Assembly (NCBI GenBank): GCA_041891055.1
Contig: CP169074.1
Coordinates: 512,001 to 576,000, forward strand
Direction of reading: 5' to 3'
DNA: 64,000 bases
Source of the DNA: Halorutilales archaeon Cl-col2-1
GTDB lineage: Archaea > Halobacteriota > Halobacteria > Halobacteriales > Afararchaeaceae
Below the pieces are notes generated by a model. It did not search any database. It saw nothing but the letters and a program-made list of their open reading frames with translations, and was not told the origin of the DNA. Position numbers and translations under genes: made by a program. Positions 27,583-38,028 of this stretch are shown piece by piece (position 1 is the stretch's first letter; the number at the start of each line of letters is the position of its first letter).

Positions 27583-28194
27583 ATGTCGCATGAACTGCCT
27601 GAACTGCCGTACGATTACGACGCTCTTGAACCGCACATAAGCGAACAGGTCGTCCGCTGGCACCACGACACTCACCATCAGGGATACGTAAACGGACTCA
27701 ACAGCGCCGAGGAGACGCTTGAGGAGAACCGCGAGGCGGGAGACTTCGACGGAAGTGCTGCCGCGATGAGAAGCATGAGCCACAACGGCTGTGGACATTA
27801 TCTCCACACTCTCTTCTGGGAGAACATGTCGCCCAACGGCGGCGGAGAGCCCGAGGGAGAACTCGCCGACCGCATAGAAGAGGACTTCGGAAGCTACGAG
27901 GCGTGGAAGGGAGAGTTCAAGGAGGCAGCCGGCTGGTCCGCGGGTGGCTGGGCACTTCTCGTCTACGACCCCGTCTCCGACTGCCTGCGTAACCTCGCTG
28001 TCCAGAAGCACAACGACGGCGCGCTCTGGCACACACATCCCATCTTCGCGGTCGATGTCTGGGAGCACTCGTACTACCACGACTATGGACCTGACCGCGG
28101 TGACTTCGTCGACAACGTCTTCGAGGTCGTTGACTGGGACGACATAGCCGAGAAGTACGAGAACGCGAAGAAGCTAGGCGAGCTTCACGGCTAA
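27583..28194 (+). CDS. sod: superoxide dismutase (Mn/Fe)
   Basis: LPELPYDYDALEPHIS, WHHDTHHQGY, DVWEHSYY. Confidence 0.97.
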   Translation: MSHELPELPYDYDALEPHISEQVVRWHHDTHHQGYVNGLNSAEETLEENREAGDFDGSAAAMRSMSHNGCGHYLHTLFWENMSPNGGGEPEGELADRIEEDFGSYEAWKGEFKEAAGWSAGGWALLVYDPVSDCLRNLAVQKHNDGALWHTHPIFAVDVWEHSYYHDYGPDRGDFVDNVFEVVDWDDIAEKYENAKKLGELHG

Positions 28195-28363
28195 GTGAGA
28201 AACACAGCGGTACGTCTATTTTTTGGCGAGCTGTACCGGCGCTGGGAGCGGTTAGATTTCTGGGCGATGTAATCACGCATCGAATCCATAGAGTTCGGGA
28301 CGGAGCTTTTCGATATCTTCGTCCTTAACATCAGAGTCTACGGACTTCAAAGACGAATCTCAG

Positions 28364-28403
28364 AGCTAACCAACGCCTTCTAGAGAAAAAATGTTGATTA
28401 GCT
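28364..28403. repeat. spaced inverted-repeat site 3 (AGCTAACCAAC-N18-GTTGATTAGCT)
   Basis: Read directly from the sequence. Confidence 0.8.
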
Positions 28404-28441
28404 CGCGGTATGTTATGCTCAAAATCAGGTATGTGTGTTTC

Positions 28442-28978
28442 TTAGACATATTCTTCTTTTGTTTTAGAAGGCAACTTTTCTGTGGCCTCTACGAGTTCGT
28501 CTCTGTCCCTCCATCTGTATAGTCTGTTGAGTTTGTCTAACTCTTTGAAGACTCCCTTGTGCATAGGACTGTACGGATCTTTCTCCTCGTACTCTCGCTT
28601 TAGGACATATGATTTCTTTTTTAGCCAGTCTGCGAACCGTATACCGCCTGATTCGAGCCTGAAATCTCCCTCTGAATCCTCTGCGACCCCGACTACATAA
28701 CTTGATATCTTAGCTATTAATTCGAATTTGTCTGTGAAGTTTCTCAGGGAGAGTAATATGTCACTCATCAGAAAAGCATAGGCATCCTTTCTTCTATTTA
28801 GTCTGTCTTTAACTAAATCTAGATTCCTTATTTTGCTGTAATTGCCGAGCACGAAGTAGCTTGTACCATATCTGAGCACAGGACGTATCTCATTTTGGTT
28901 AACCGTGTCAAGTATCTCGTTTAGCTCCTCTGGCTCGATCTCTTCAGTCATCTCTGTGGTATCTACGTCCTGACTCAT
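28442..28978 (-). CDS. hypothetical protein, possible NDT/TIR-like fold
   Basis: SYFVLGNY, YAFLMSDI, KFELI..SSYVVGVAE; homologous to 46903-47658. Confidence 0.65.
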   Translation of the reverse strand: MSQDVDTTEMTEEIEPEELNEILDTVNQNEIRPVLRYGTSYFVLGNYSKIRNLDLVKDRLNRRKDAYAFLMSDILLSLRNFTDKFELIAKISSYVVGVAEDSEGDFRLESGGIRFADWLKKKSYVLKREYEEKDPYSPMHKGVFKELDKLNRLYRWRDRDELVEATEKLPSKTKEEYV

Positions 28979-29054
28979 TATATTAGTTAATACATGACTT
29001 AGTAGCTAAGTTAGCCTACGTAAAGCTATAGTACTTGGAGACTGTAGATGACCT

Positions 29055-29450
29055 ATGAGCATCGAAGAGAGTGGGGATAGATCAACAGCACAAGACCTCA
29101 GTCTGATGCTTCAAGAGACTCGTCTTAAGATTCTTGAGCTCATAATCGGACATCCCAAGCAGTCTATAAGTATGGGAGAGCTCGACTACATGATCCCCGA
29201 TAAAAGCGAGGCAACTATCCGTAACCACATAGAGAAACTCGTTGATGCCGATATACTTGAAGAAAGAGAACTCGAAGACGAGAAAAAGTCTAATGACCTA
29301 CCCTACAAGTTCTATGAGATCTCAGATAAAGGGGGAAATCTGATTGAAGTTCACAACTTGATGAAAGCCGAGGATAAGCTGAACGAACTATATCAACGTA
29401 CTAAGAGAGATCGTATAAAGGACTATGAGAACGCTCCTCGTCCTGACTGA
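29055..29450 (+). CDS. ArsR-like winged-HTH regulator
   Basis: QETRLKIL..IIGHP..ELDYMIP..DLPYKFY; homologous to 46343-46798. Confidence 0.8.
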   Translation: MSIEESGDRSTAQDLSLMLQETRLKILELIIGHPKQSISMGELDYMIPDKSEATIRNHIEKLVDADILEERELEDEKKSNDLPYKFYEISDKGGNLIEVHNLMKAEDKLNELYQRTKRDRIKDYENAPRPD

Positions 29451-29539
29451 TATAGTCATCTACCCACGGCTAAATCCAGAATTCTTGACTAATATATTCT
29501 CCCGAAGAGTAATATACTTGTGTCAAGTAGGATGTAGCA

Positions 29540-30091
29540 ATGACAGAGACTCCTACAGATACAGACACAGACATAAACCAAGAGGTGACCTCAGGGTGGG
29601 TCGAGGAGACAACGCCCTTCGAGCGGATCAGGGAAGTGATGAAGAGAACGTATGAGCCTCAGGCGGCGTCTGCGATAGCCGACCGTGCCGAGACGACCTC
29701 GACGACGGCACGTAAGCATCTACAGCAGCTGTATGAGAGTGGATTCGTAGAAAAGACTTCACGAGAAGACAGGGATGCAACCCTTTACCGGAGATCTAGT
29801 GAGTCAGTCGTCCTTGAGCAAGCTCGTGATATACTTGACGAGATGGACTCTGGAGAACTCGTATCTCGTATACACGGGATGCAGGAAGATCTCAGAGAGT
29901 ACAGAGACGAGTACGGCGTCGAATCTCCCGAGGATGCGGTATTAGAGGATGTCAACATAGATGACGAGGAGCTACGCGACTGGCAGACTACGGAGCGTAA
30001 CCTGGGCATCGCCAAGGCTGCTCTAGCTCTTAGCGAGGCTGAGGACTCTGTGAGAATACAGACAAACAGTCCAGCAGATGTCCGGACATAG
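29540..30091 (+). CDS. winged-HTH protein (putative antitoxin of a haloarchaeal two-gene module)
   Basis: TTPFERIREV..IADRAETTSTTARKHLQQL; WQTTERNL. Confidence 0.75.
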   Translation: MTETPTDTDTDINQEVTSGWVEETTPFERIREVMKRTYEPQAASAIADRAETTSTTARKHLQQLYESGFVEKTSREDRDATLYRRSSESVVLEQARDILDEMDSGELVSRIHGMQEDLREYRDEYGVESPEDAVLEDVNIDDEELRDWQTTERNLGIAKAALALSEAEDSVRIQTNSPADVRT

Positions 30092-30548
30092 TAGTGAATC
30101 TCACGCTGTGCGTGGCGCGACGGATCGAGGTGCTCTTCTCGACTTCCGTGATACCTTCGAGGAGATGGAGCCGTTAGCGACGGCAGAGCTAGACGACTTT
30201 CTGAGTCCCGATGTACTCCGTATTCGTCTCGACGACGGTATAGGAGACGCTCAGAGCTCTAGAATCGACGTTGTCTGGACTGTCCACGGCGACTACAATA
30301 TCCATTATACCGACGATGCCGGTCGGGATTTTCGCTGGGATCTACATCCTCATGAGTATCCGAGACCAGCCGACGATAGACATTTTCATCCTCCTCCTGA
30401 CGCGTCGACGGATGCTGACAATGTAGAAGAGTCATGTATACAGGTTAGTGAGATCGAGCTAGTAGCACGTGCCGTACACAAACTCTGGCGAAGAGCCTAC
30501 GAAACGGGGTCGATAGACGATGTAAACGGCTACTCCAATCCTCCCTGA
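30078..30548 (+). CDS. hypothetical protein, putative toxin partner
   Basis: DYNIHY..FRWDLHPH..HFHPPP His-rich motifs; overlaps the upstream HTH gene. Confidence 0.65.
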   Translation: MSGHSSESHAVRGATDRGALLDFRDTFEEMEPLATAELDDFLSPDVLRIRLDDGIGDAQSSRIDVVWTVHGDYNIHYTDDAGRDFRWDLHPHEYPRPADDRHFHPPPDASTDADNVEESCIQVSEIELVARAVHKLWRRAYETGSIDDVNGYSNPP

Positions 30549-30563
30549 AAAAAGACTCGTCGT

Positions 30564-33356
30564 TCACCTGGTGTTACCGTTACTCGTCGTATTCGTCGCC
30601 GTCGAAGTACTGTTGGTCGCCGTCGATGTGGTGTTCGCCTGAGTCTGAGTCTGGGTCTGGTTACCCTGGTTCTGCTGAACTTCCTCCATCTCGACTTCTA
30701 TCGTCTCGCCGTCATAGACTGCCGACTCGGGAACTTCGGCGTTTCCGACGCTGCTGGCTCCTAAGACTGTTCCGAACGTAGGCACGTAGGCACCGCCCTT
30801 GTAGAGAGTGTAGTTGCCGGTCGCTCTCACACCTTCGTCTGTGCCTCCCTCAGAGACAGAGACGTCGTTTTCGGTCGGGTACGGTACCGTCATCGTGAAG
30901 TCGCCGTCGTCGTCGACTGAGACGTCCTGGCTGTAGGTGAAGTTACGTCCCGTGTTGGTCGTCTGGAGGTTGAGTATAGCGGTTATAGTCGCGTTCGAGA
31001 CGTTCTCCATGCTCACGCTTCCCGAGAACTCGGCACCTTCGACCTTCTCGTAGGTCTTGACGCGTGCGACCCCCTTTGCGTCGTAGACGAACGAGCTACC
31101 GCCAGCCGGGATTAGCTGGTTGCGCGTGTCGGTGTTTGCGAATCTGCTCGCGTTCCCTCTGTTGATTATACGGTTGAACGCCGTAATCTGTCCCTGCTGT
31201 CCCTGCTGTAGTCCCTGTCTGAGTATGTTGCCTATGAGCGAGTACTGCTGTGTCTCGTGGACGAGCCTGTAATGTGACATGCCGTTAGCGTCGTCGAAGT
31301 AGAGACGTGAGAGAGTCGTGTTCTCGTACTTCGAGTTGGTGGCAGGGAGATTCAGAGTCTGGTTGCCCTGACTCTGCTGGAAGCTCTGTCTCGACGTGTA
31401 CTCGTCGAACTGTGTCCACGTCGCTATCGCGCCGAACTTGCCCGCCGCCATCTGGTCGTCGATCATGACGTACCGCGTGTTGCGCTCCTGTCTCTCCTGT
31501 TCGTTCTGTGACTCGGCTACCGATCTCAGACGGTCGTTAGAGACGTTGCCCCAGTCTATCTCCTCGTCGTCCGCAGACGGGAGCGAGTCGAGGACTAAGT
31601 TCGCTCTCTCCTCGGACTGTGCCGTGAGGTACGCCGACGCGGGATTCGGTCCCTCCTGGAACGGGTTGGCGTTGGGTATACGTTCCGCCTGGTAGGTTAT
31701 CCAGTGTCCGTAGTCCCACCACGACTGGACTCCGTAGGCTTCTTCGGGATAGTCGAAGTCACCGTCCTGAGGCTTGTCGTAGTACCTGTCGTAGCTAAGC
31801 GGCTCCTCGGGAGTATTGTTCTGCATCCAGCTGAGTTCGTCGTCCCACGCGCCGTCGTATCCCGCGAGACGTGGTGCCTGACTCCACGCTGGAGACGTTC
31901 CCGCGACTGCGAGGACGTTACCCGGTATCACGAGGACTAACACGAGGACTATGGCTATCGCCTGGTAGCCCTTTATATCGCTCAGATCTGTGTCGTGTTC
32001 TATGCCTATCTGTTTTACGAGCCACCAGACGAAGAAGCCCGAGAGGACTGCGACTGTCACAGCCATGTAGTAGCCGAAACGTATCGACGTGAAGTACGCC
32101 GAGAACATCGTGAATCCGAAGACGAAGACTATGAGTTCGCCGGGATTCCTGTCAGATAGAGATCGGAAGAGTACGACTGCGAGTCCCGCGAGCCCGACGA
32201 AGAACATCGCCCCGAACGACCGCCACGCGTCCTGTATACTCGCAGGCTGTATCTCTGCGACTGTAAGACCGGACGCAGAGGTCAAGAGACCAAAGCTGTA
32301 CACACGGTTTATGAGAGACTGGAACTGAGGAACCGTGAACCACAGAAGAATGCTGCCGAGTACTGCACCACCTATTACAACCGCGGGATAGTACTCGGGA
32401 TCGTACTCGTCACGCATGTACTCCGAGAGATAATGTAGAACGACAGCACCTACGGCTACGCCGACAGCCGTGAGAGGCTGGAGAAGCGAGAATCCGGTGC
32501 CTTCGAGTGCGTAGGTCTTCGCGTAGAGTAGTGTCAGAACTGCTGTGACTCCAAGCGTCGCAGCCGTACCGAATGCGAGATACTCTGTCGAGACTCCGTC
32601 GTAATGGTCACGCGACGCCTGTAGGAGGACGAATATACCGAAAGCGAAGACCACCATCACACCGGGAGGCCAGGTCATCAGATACGACGCAACCGCTATT
32701 CCGCCGAGTACCGACGCGACTATCGGAGTCTTGAGTCCCTTCCAGTCGGAGTCCTTGAGATGTGCGACCGTCGGCTTCTCGGTGTAAGCTGTCTGTATAC
32801 CGTAGATGAATCCGAGTAGTGCGAGAGAGCCAAAGAAAGCCTCTGCCGACTGATGGTCGGGGTTTCCTACCATCGTCCTGTTGAGGAACTGTCCCGTGAA
32901 GAGCGCGAGGACGAACGCCGAGAAGACAGCAGTCCAACGGTCGGCGATCCTCTTGACTATGAAGAAGACGATGACTGCAGTTAGTGCTCCGAATGCCACA
33001 GGAGCTAGTGCCCCGACCGTCTCGATCGTGCGTGTCGACGGGTCACCACCGCCTGCTATGATCGCGAACAGCGCGATTATCTGGTCGAATAATCCGCCGA
33101 ATCCCGAGTGACGTCCCGTGCCGTAAGGAAAGTAAGACCACGGATCGAAGTCAGGTGTCGCGGGGAAGTTGGCGACAACGAGACGCACTATTCGCATGTG
33201 GTACCACGGATCGTTTCCCGAGAAGTATACTCCGCTCTCCGTCACCATCTCGTCGTACGGCATGGTACGTACCCACGCCATGAAGCCCACAATGGCAGCG
33301 AGCAACGGATACGGCGCGTACTTATACGCGAGAGACAGACTGTCGTCGTTATCCAT
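30564..33356 (-). CDS. aglB: archaeal oligosaccharyltransferase (STT3)
   Basis: GNDPWYH, DHQSAE, TVAE, SWWDYGHWI..ANPFQ motifs; many TM helices. Confidence 0.97.
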   Translation of the reverse strand: MDNDDSLSLAYKYAPYPLLAAIVGFMAWVRTMPYDEMVTESGVYFSGNDPWYHMRIVRLVVANFPATPDFDPWSYFPYGTGRHSGFGGLFDQIIALFAIIAGGGDPSTRTIETVGALAPVAFGALTAVIVFFIVKRIADRWTAVFSAFVLALFTGQFLNRTMVGNPDHQSAEAFFGSLALLGFIYGIQTAYTEKPTVAHLKDSDWKGLKTPIVASVLGGIAVASYLMTWPPGVMVVFAFGIFVLLQASRDHYDGVSTEYLAFGTAATLGVTAVLTLLYAKTYALEGTGFSLLQPLTAVGVAVGAVVLHYLSEYMRDEYDPEYYPAVVIGGAVLGSILLWFTVPQFQSLINRVYSFGLLTSASGLTVAEIQPASIQDAWRSFGAMFFVGLAGLAVVLFRSLSDRNPGELIVFVFGFTMFSAYFTSIRFGYYMAVTVAVLSGFFVWWLVKQIGIEHDTDLSDIKGYQAIAIVLVLVLVIPGNVLAVAGTSPAWSQAPRLAGYDGAWDDELSWMQNNTPEEPLSYDRYYDKPQDGDFDYPEEAYGVQSWWDYGHWITYQAERIPNANPFQEGPNPASAYLTAQSEERANLVLDSLPSADDEEIDWGNVSNDRLRSVAESQNEQERQERNTRYVMIDDQMAAGKFGAIATWTQFDEYTSRQSFQQSQGNQTLNLPATNSKYENTTLSRLYFDDANGMSHYRLVHETQQYSLIGNILRQGLQQGQQGQITAFNRIINRGNASRFANTDTRNQLIPAGGSSFVYDAKGVARVKTYEKVEGAEFSGSVSMENVSNATITAILNLQTTNTGRNFTYSQDVSVDDDGDFTMTVPYPTENDVSVSEGGTDEGVRATGNYTLYKGGAYVPTFGTVLGASSVGNAEVPESAVYDGETIEVEMEEVQQNQGNQTQTQTQANTTSTATNSTSTATNTTSNGNTR

Positions 33357-33409
33357 CGCACTAACCACGTTCCGAAGACGGTTTAACTTTTTACATCCTA
33401 TCCCGCCCA

Positions 33410-34336
33410 ATGAAGGTCTCGGTGGTTCTGTGTACCTACTCTCTCGAGATGTACGACGATTTTAAGGAAGCAGCCGAGAGTCTTCTGTCTCAGACCTACG
33501 ACGAACTCGAAGTCGTGGTAGTCGTCGACGGTACCGACGAGGTTTACGAAAGAGTCGAGGACGACTACGGCGGTAGAGACGGCGTAGTTATACATCTCAA
33601 CGACGAGAACATGGGTCTTCTAAGGAGTAGGAACAAAGGTGCCGAACTCTCGTCGGGTGACGTAGTCGCTTTCATAGATGACGACGCCGTCGCCGACGAA
33701 AAATGGGTAGAAGAACTCGTAGCTACTTACCAGAGACACGACGCTCTCGCCGCAGGAGGCAAGATGGTACCAGAGTGGGTCGCGGGAAAGCCCGACTTCC
33801 TTCCCAAGGAGTTCTACTGGCTCGTAGGAGTGACACACAGGGGCTTCGTCGACGACGAGGAAGAACAGGAGGTGCGAAACACCTTCGGATCGAATATCTC
33901 GTTCCGACGAGATGTCTTCCTCGAACTCGGTGGCTTCGACCCCAATATAGGTGGGCGTAAAGGCGACAAGAACTTACAGGGCGGCGAGACGGAGCTCTGC
34001 GCGCGCCTCTACGACGAGTACGGCGAACGCGTCTGGTACAATCCCGACGCCGAGGTCGCTCACAAGGTGTTTGATTACAGAACGAGTAAGAAGTGGTTGT
34101 TAGAACGTGCCTTCTGGCAGGGCTACTCTAAGAGAGCTATGGAGGTCCTTGTGCCTGAGTCAGGTGGGGAAGAGGACGAGTTTCTGGGTAAGCTATTACT
34201 GGATTTCATGCCCAACCGCCTCCGTAACGCAGTCGTGGATCTATCTCTGACTGAGGCGAAGAAGTTCGTTATGCTCGGTGTATTAACCATGTGTGTCGGG
34301 AGCGGGTATCTGTATGGATTCAAGAAATGGAGATAG
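33410..34336 (+). CDS. aglG: GT2 glycosyltransferase, AglG family
   Basis: MKVSVVLCTY, AFIDDDA, RNTFGSNISFRR, RAFWQGYSKR; divergent from aglB as in other haloarchaea. Confidence 0.8.
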   Translation: MKVSVVLCTYSLEMYDDFKEAAESLLSQTYDELEVVVVVDGTDEVYERVEDDYGGRDGVVIHLNDENMGLLRSRNKGAELSSGDVVAFIDDDAVADEKWVEELVATYQRHDALAAGGKMVPEWVAGKPDFLPKEFYWLVGVTHRGFVDDEEEQEVRNTFGSNISFRRDVFLELGGFDPNIGGRKGDKNLQGGETELCARLYDEYGERVWYNPDAEVAHKVFDYRTSKKWLLERAFWQGYSKRAMEVLVPESGGEEDEFLGKLLLDFMPNRLRNAVVDLSLTEAKKFVMLGVLTMCVGSGYLYGFKKWR

Positions 34337-34405
34337 ATCAATTGGATCAGATACTTCGCTTATCGCTTAGTAAGACCTTTGTCTTCTTCCACTGACACGA
34401 TAAAT

Positions 34406-35533
34406 ATGGAGATCTCCGAGCGCGGCATCTGTGTCGTGACACAGCCGGCACAGGAAGAGACGGAGAAGATGCATGCACACGCTCTCGCAAATATTCTTGC
34501 CGAAATAACAGGTGTCGTTGTCCTTACCGCTAACTTAGACGAGAGTTCGTCGCTGAGAGAACACGATATCGTGGAGTACGATAAAAGTGGTGTGGGTAGC
34601 AGTATCTTTACTGCCGCTGTTCGTTTCGTCCTCAACCAGATCAGGATATGTCAGGCTCTGCTGAGAAGAGATGAAGAGTTCGTTCTCTTCTTCGGGACGA
34701 CATCGTACGTCCTGCCGGTTATATTTGCACGCAGTATAGGTAAAACAGTGATTGTAGAGCCGCGTGGTGATGTACCTCTTACTTTACGTCTCCAGTGGGA
34801 AGAACGTATGCCTGTACCAATCGCACGTTTTCTCGCCGGGTCTGTAGCCACACTCGAAAGAGTATCGTACACGACAGCACACGCCATCGTTACCTACACG
34901 CCGTCAATGGCAGACGAACTCGGTCTGCGCAGGTACGACGATAAGCTCTACACCGACGGCGCGCGGTACGTCGATACTGAGCGTTTTCGAATTACAAAAC
35001 CTTACGAAGAGCGTGATAACACTGTTGGCTACGTCGGACGTCTTGACGAGGAGAAAGGTATAAAAGAACTCGCTGAGGTGGCGCGCCGCGTTGACGCCCG
35101 TTTCGTCTTCGTTGGCGACGGAAACGACCGCGGATGGCTTGAAGAAGAACTCGCAGACGAGATAGAATCCAGAGAAGTCGAGATAACCGGCTGGGTAGAT
35201 TACGACGAGGTCCCCGAACAGATGAATCGCTTGCGCCTCCTTCTTCTCAGGTCGGAGCCCACGGAAGGGCTACCGACAGTCATACTCGAAGCCTTCGCGT
35301 GCGGCACTCCGGTCTACGCAAATCCGGTCTCGGGCGTCCCTGACGTCGTGCGTGACGGCGAGACGGGCTTCGTGATGGATGACAAAACCCCGGACGAGAT
35401 AGCGCGGCGTGTAGACGGAGCCCTTGAGGACGGAATGGATGGGATGAGCCGTAGGTGCCGTGAACTCGTTGAGGAGCGGTATAGCTTCGACGCGGCGGTG
35501 GGTAGGTACCGCGACATAGTGAATCGGATATAA
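34406..35533 (+). CDS. GT4 glycosyltransferase
   Basis: YVGRLDEEKG, EGLPTVILEAFACGTPV. Confidence 0.9.
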   Translation: MEISERGICVVTQPAQEETEKMHAHALANILAEITGVVVLTANLDESSSLREHDIVEYDKSGVGSSIFTAAVRFVLNQIRICQALLRRDEEFVLFFGTTSYVLPVIFARSIGKTVIVEPRGDVPLTLRLQWEERMPVPIARFLAGSVATLERVSYTTAHAIVTYTPSMADELGLRRYDDKLYTDGARYVDTERFRITKPYEERDNTVGYVGRLDEEKGIKELAEVARRVDARFVFVGDGNDRGWLEEELADEIESREVEITGWVDYDEVPEQMNRLRLLLLRSEPTEGLPTVILEAFACGTPVYANPVSGVPDVVRDGETGFVMDDKTPDEIARRVDGALEDGMDGMSRRCRELVEERYSFDAAVGRYRDIVNRI

Positions 35534-35727
35534 TACAGCCGGCGCCTAGATAAGAAATCTATGTAGAAGGGGCATGATGAGAGGGTTTTATATTTTCGAG
35601 CCTTTCACGAGGGCCGGTGAGCAAACGCAGCTAGTTCTGAGGGTGTAATTTTCTACGAGATAGGCATAAGGATAACCACTTAATTGATACTTAGAATCGA
35701 AAACCCGCAAGCGGGATGGCTGAAGAT

Positions 35728-36855
35728 TCACCCCTGATTTTTGGATAATACCTCCTCGTAGAGGTCCACATACTCTTCTGAGATATTCTCCGTTGAGTAA
35801 TCCTTAGCGCGCTCTCGTGCCTTTTTGCCTAGTTCCTTCCTTTTCTCAGGGTTCTCGGTAAGTTCAACCACTCTTTCGGAGAGTGTTTCGGAATCGTCAA
35901 CGGGATGAAAAAGAGCGGCACCCTCGTACGAATGTTTAAATTCGCCGATATCAGAGAATATGCAAGCCGAACCTAGGCTCATAGCCTCAACGGCGGCTGC
36001 GCTAAAACCTTCCCACCGCGACGGCATCGCGTATATATCACACTCCTCCATCATTTTATAAGCTCTTTGCCTGTTTACAAAGCCAAGAAAGTGAACATTA
36101 TCCAGTATATCCTCATTCTTGGCTATGTTTTTGAGATGGTCTCGAAGTTCCCCATCCCCCGCGATGACGAGATGAATCTCTTCGTTTGTCTTCTTATTAG
36201 CACGTAATAGAGCCTGTATAAGCGTATCGTGTGCTTTCTGTTCAGTAAGCATCCCCGCAGTCCCCATCAACACGATGTCTTCGCTTATCCCTATCTCGTC
36301 CCTTACCGACCAGTCCAAATCCCGAAACTCTTCTATTCTTTCAATATCAACACCGTTATATATTATCCTAACGTCTCCGTCATCAATCAGAAGGTGTTCC
36401 CATTTATTGAACGATTCGTAGACTGACTGGGAGACACAGGTAATCCGATCAGCCCATGCATTAGTTATTCCGTTGGCTAACCTGCCTTTGCGGGTAAACC
36501 CTACGTGGTTGTTCTGTTCCGTTGATATCACCGGTATACCGTTTCTCAATCCGATTATCTTGGCGTAGGTTCCCGAGTGATTGTGGTGTGCTTGTATTAT
36601 ATCGTACTCTTTGAGAGTATCCCGTGCCTTTGCGTATGTCTCTCTACTCACTCCCAGTACGTTATCAGGCGCATTCACGCAACTGACATCTATAATATCG
36701 TCATTATCAAACTCGTCGGCGTTGAACCAAGCGAGTATATCCGCTTCAACGTCGGTATACCTTGTGATTGCAACGGCTATATCAGCAGGTACACTTGATT
36801 CCCCTACGGAGTTAACTACGTGACATACGCGTATATCTTCTTCATCTCTGCTCAT
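35728..36855 (-). CDS. GT4 glycosyltransferase
   Basis: IIYNGVD, QKAH, PSRWEGFSAAAVEAM. Confidence 0.9.
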   Translation of the reverse strand: MSRDEEDIRVCHVVNSVGESSVPADIAVAITRYTDVEADILAWFNADEFDNDDIIDVSCVNAPDNVLGVSRETYAKARDTLKEYDIIQAHHNHSGTYAKIIGLRNGIPVISTEQNNHVGFTRKGRLANGITNAWADRITCVSQSVYESFNKWEHLLIDDGDVRIIYNGVDIERIEEFRDLDWSVRDEIGISEDIVLMGTAGMLTEQKAHDTLIQALLRANKKTNEEIHLVIAGDGELRDHLKNIAKNEDILDNVHFLGFVNRQRAYKMMEECDIYAMPSRWEGFSAAAVEAMSLGSACIFSDIGEFKHSYEGAALFHPVDDSETLSERVVELTENPEKRKELGKKARERAKDYSTENISEEYVDLYEEVLSKNQG

Positions 36856-36960
36856 ATTTTATTTCGTGGGCACTCTAACGCCAGTAATACTAAATAGCTT
36901 TGGTAAATATATCGGTACGGAACCAAAGAAGATATTTGACCTTGGGAATGAGATGTGGTT

Positions 36961-37899
36961 ATGGAAAGCATCCTTTTGACCGGCAGTAGCGGCACGATAG
37001 GCGTTGAGTTGGGGAAGAGGCTACTTGATAGAGGTATAGAGTTACATGGCGTTGATAGTATACCTAACCGATGATCCGAAAGAGTTGATGAGGTGGGTGT
37101 TGAAGCTGACCTGGCAAAGAGTGATTCAGTAGAGGAACTACCCACGGATGTGGACACGATAATACACTTCGCTGCGAACGCACGTGTTCACAAGTTGGTC
37201 AAGGAGCCTGTTGGTGCAAAGAAGAACTTTGACATGACTTTCAATATACTTGACCACGCCCGAAAAAACGATATACGGAATATCGTATTTGCGAGTAGTA
37301 GGGAGGTGTATGGTAACAAAGGGAAGATGATATACAGCGAGGAGGATACTTATGTTGACGAGTGCGAAAGCCCGTATACCGCGAGCAAAGTAGGCGGGGA
37401 ATCGATGGTAAAGGCTTATGAGAACTGCTATGATATCGACTCGTGCATACTGAGGTTCTCAAACGTCTATGGCAAGTACGACTCGTCAGATAGGGTGATT
37501 CCACTGTTTATAGCACAAGCCTCTAGAGGACACGACCTGACTGTCTATGGCAGCCAAAAAGTTCTTGATTTCACGTATATAGACGACTGTGTTGATGGTA
37601 TACTGAGGACCTTAGATAATTTTAATAAAGTAAAGGATACGACGCTCAACATTGCTTCGGGCGAGGGGCCCTCAATTACGGAGCTCGCTGAGCTAGTTGC
37701 CCAGAAAACAGACAGAGACGTGGAAATAAACGTTGAGGAGAACAGAACAGGTGAGGTCAGCAGATACGTCGCGGATATCTCAAAAGCCAAGAAGGTTATC
37801 GGATATGAACCAACGTACAACCTCTCGGACGGTATTGATAAGACAGTCTCTTGGTATAATGAGAACGAGTACCTGTTTGATGAAATACTCGCGAGTTAA
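36961..37899 (+). pseudogene. NAD-dependent epimerase/dehydratase with internal TGA
   Basis: MESILLTGSSGTIG...PNR*SERV: in-frame TGA at 37072-37074; remainder intact (SSREVYG, YTASK). Confidence 0.8.
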
Positions 37900-38028
37900 T
37901 CTCTTATCCTGAGCCACCGAGTCATTTATGAACAGATACCGGATTTGTGGTATGCTCATTTTTCACCAACCGAACGAACCTGATACAACTAAATAGGAAG
38001 AAAAAATACTATGGAGCACCCTTGAGGA

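Noticed and set aside
37072-37074. Selenocysteine/recoded TGA in the epimerase
   Set aside because: The position is non-catalytic and fits a Trp codon mutation (PNR-W-S); Halobacteria are not known to use Sec and no SECIS was recognised.
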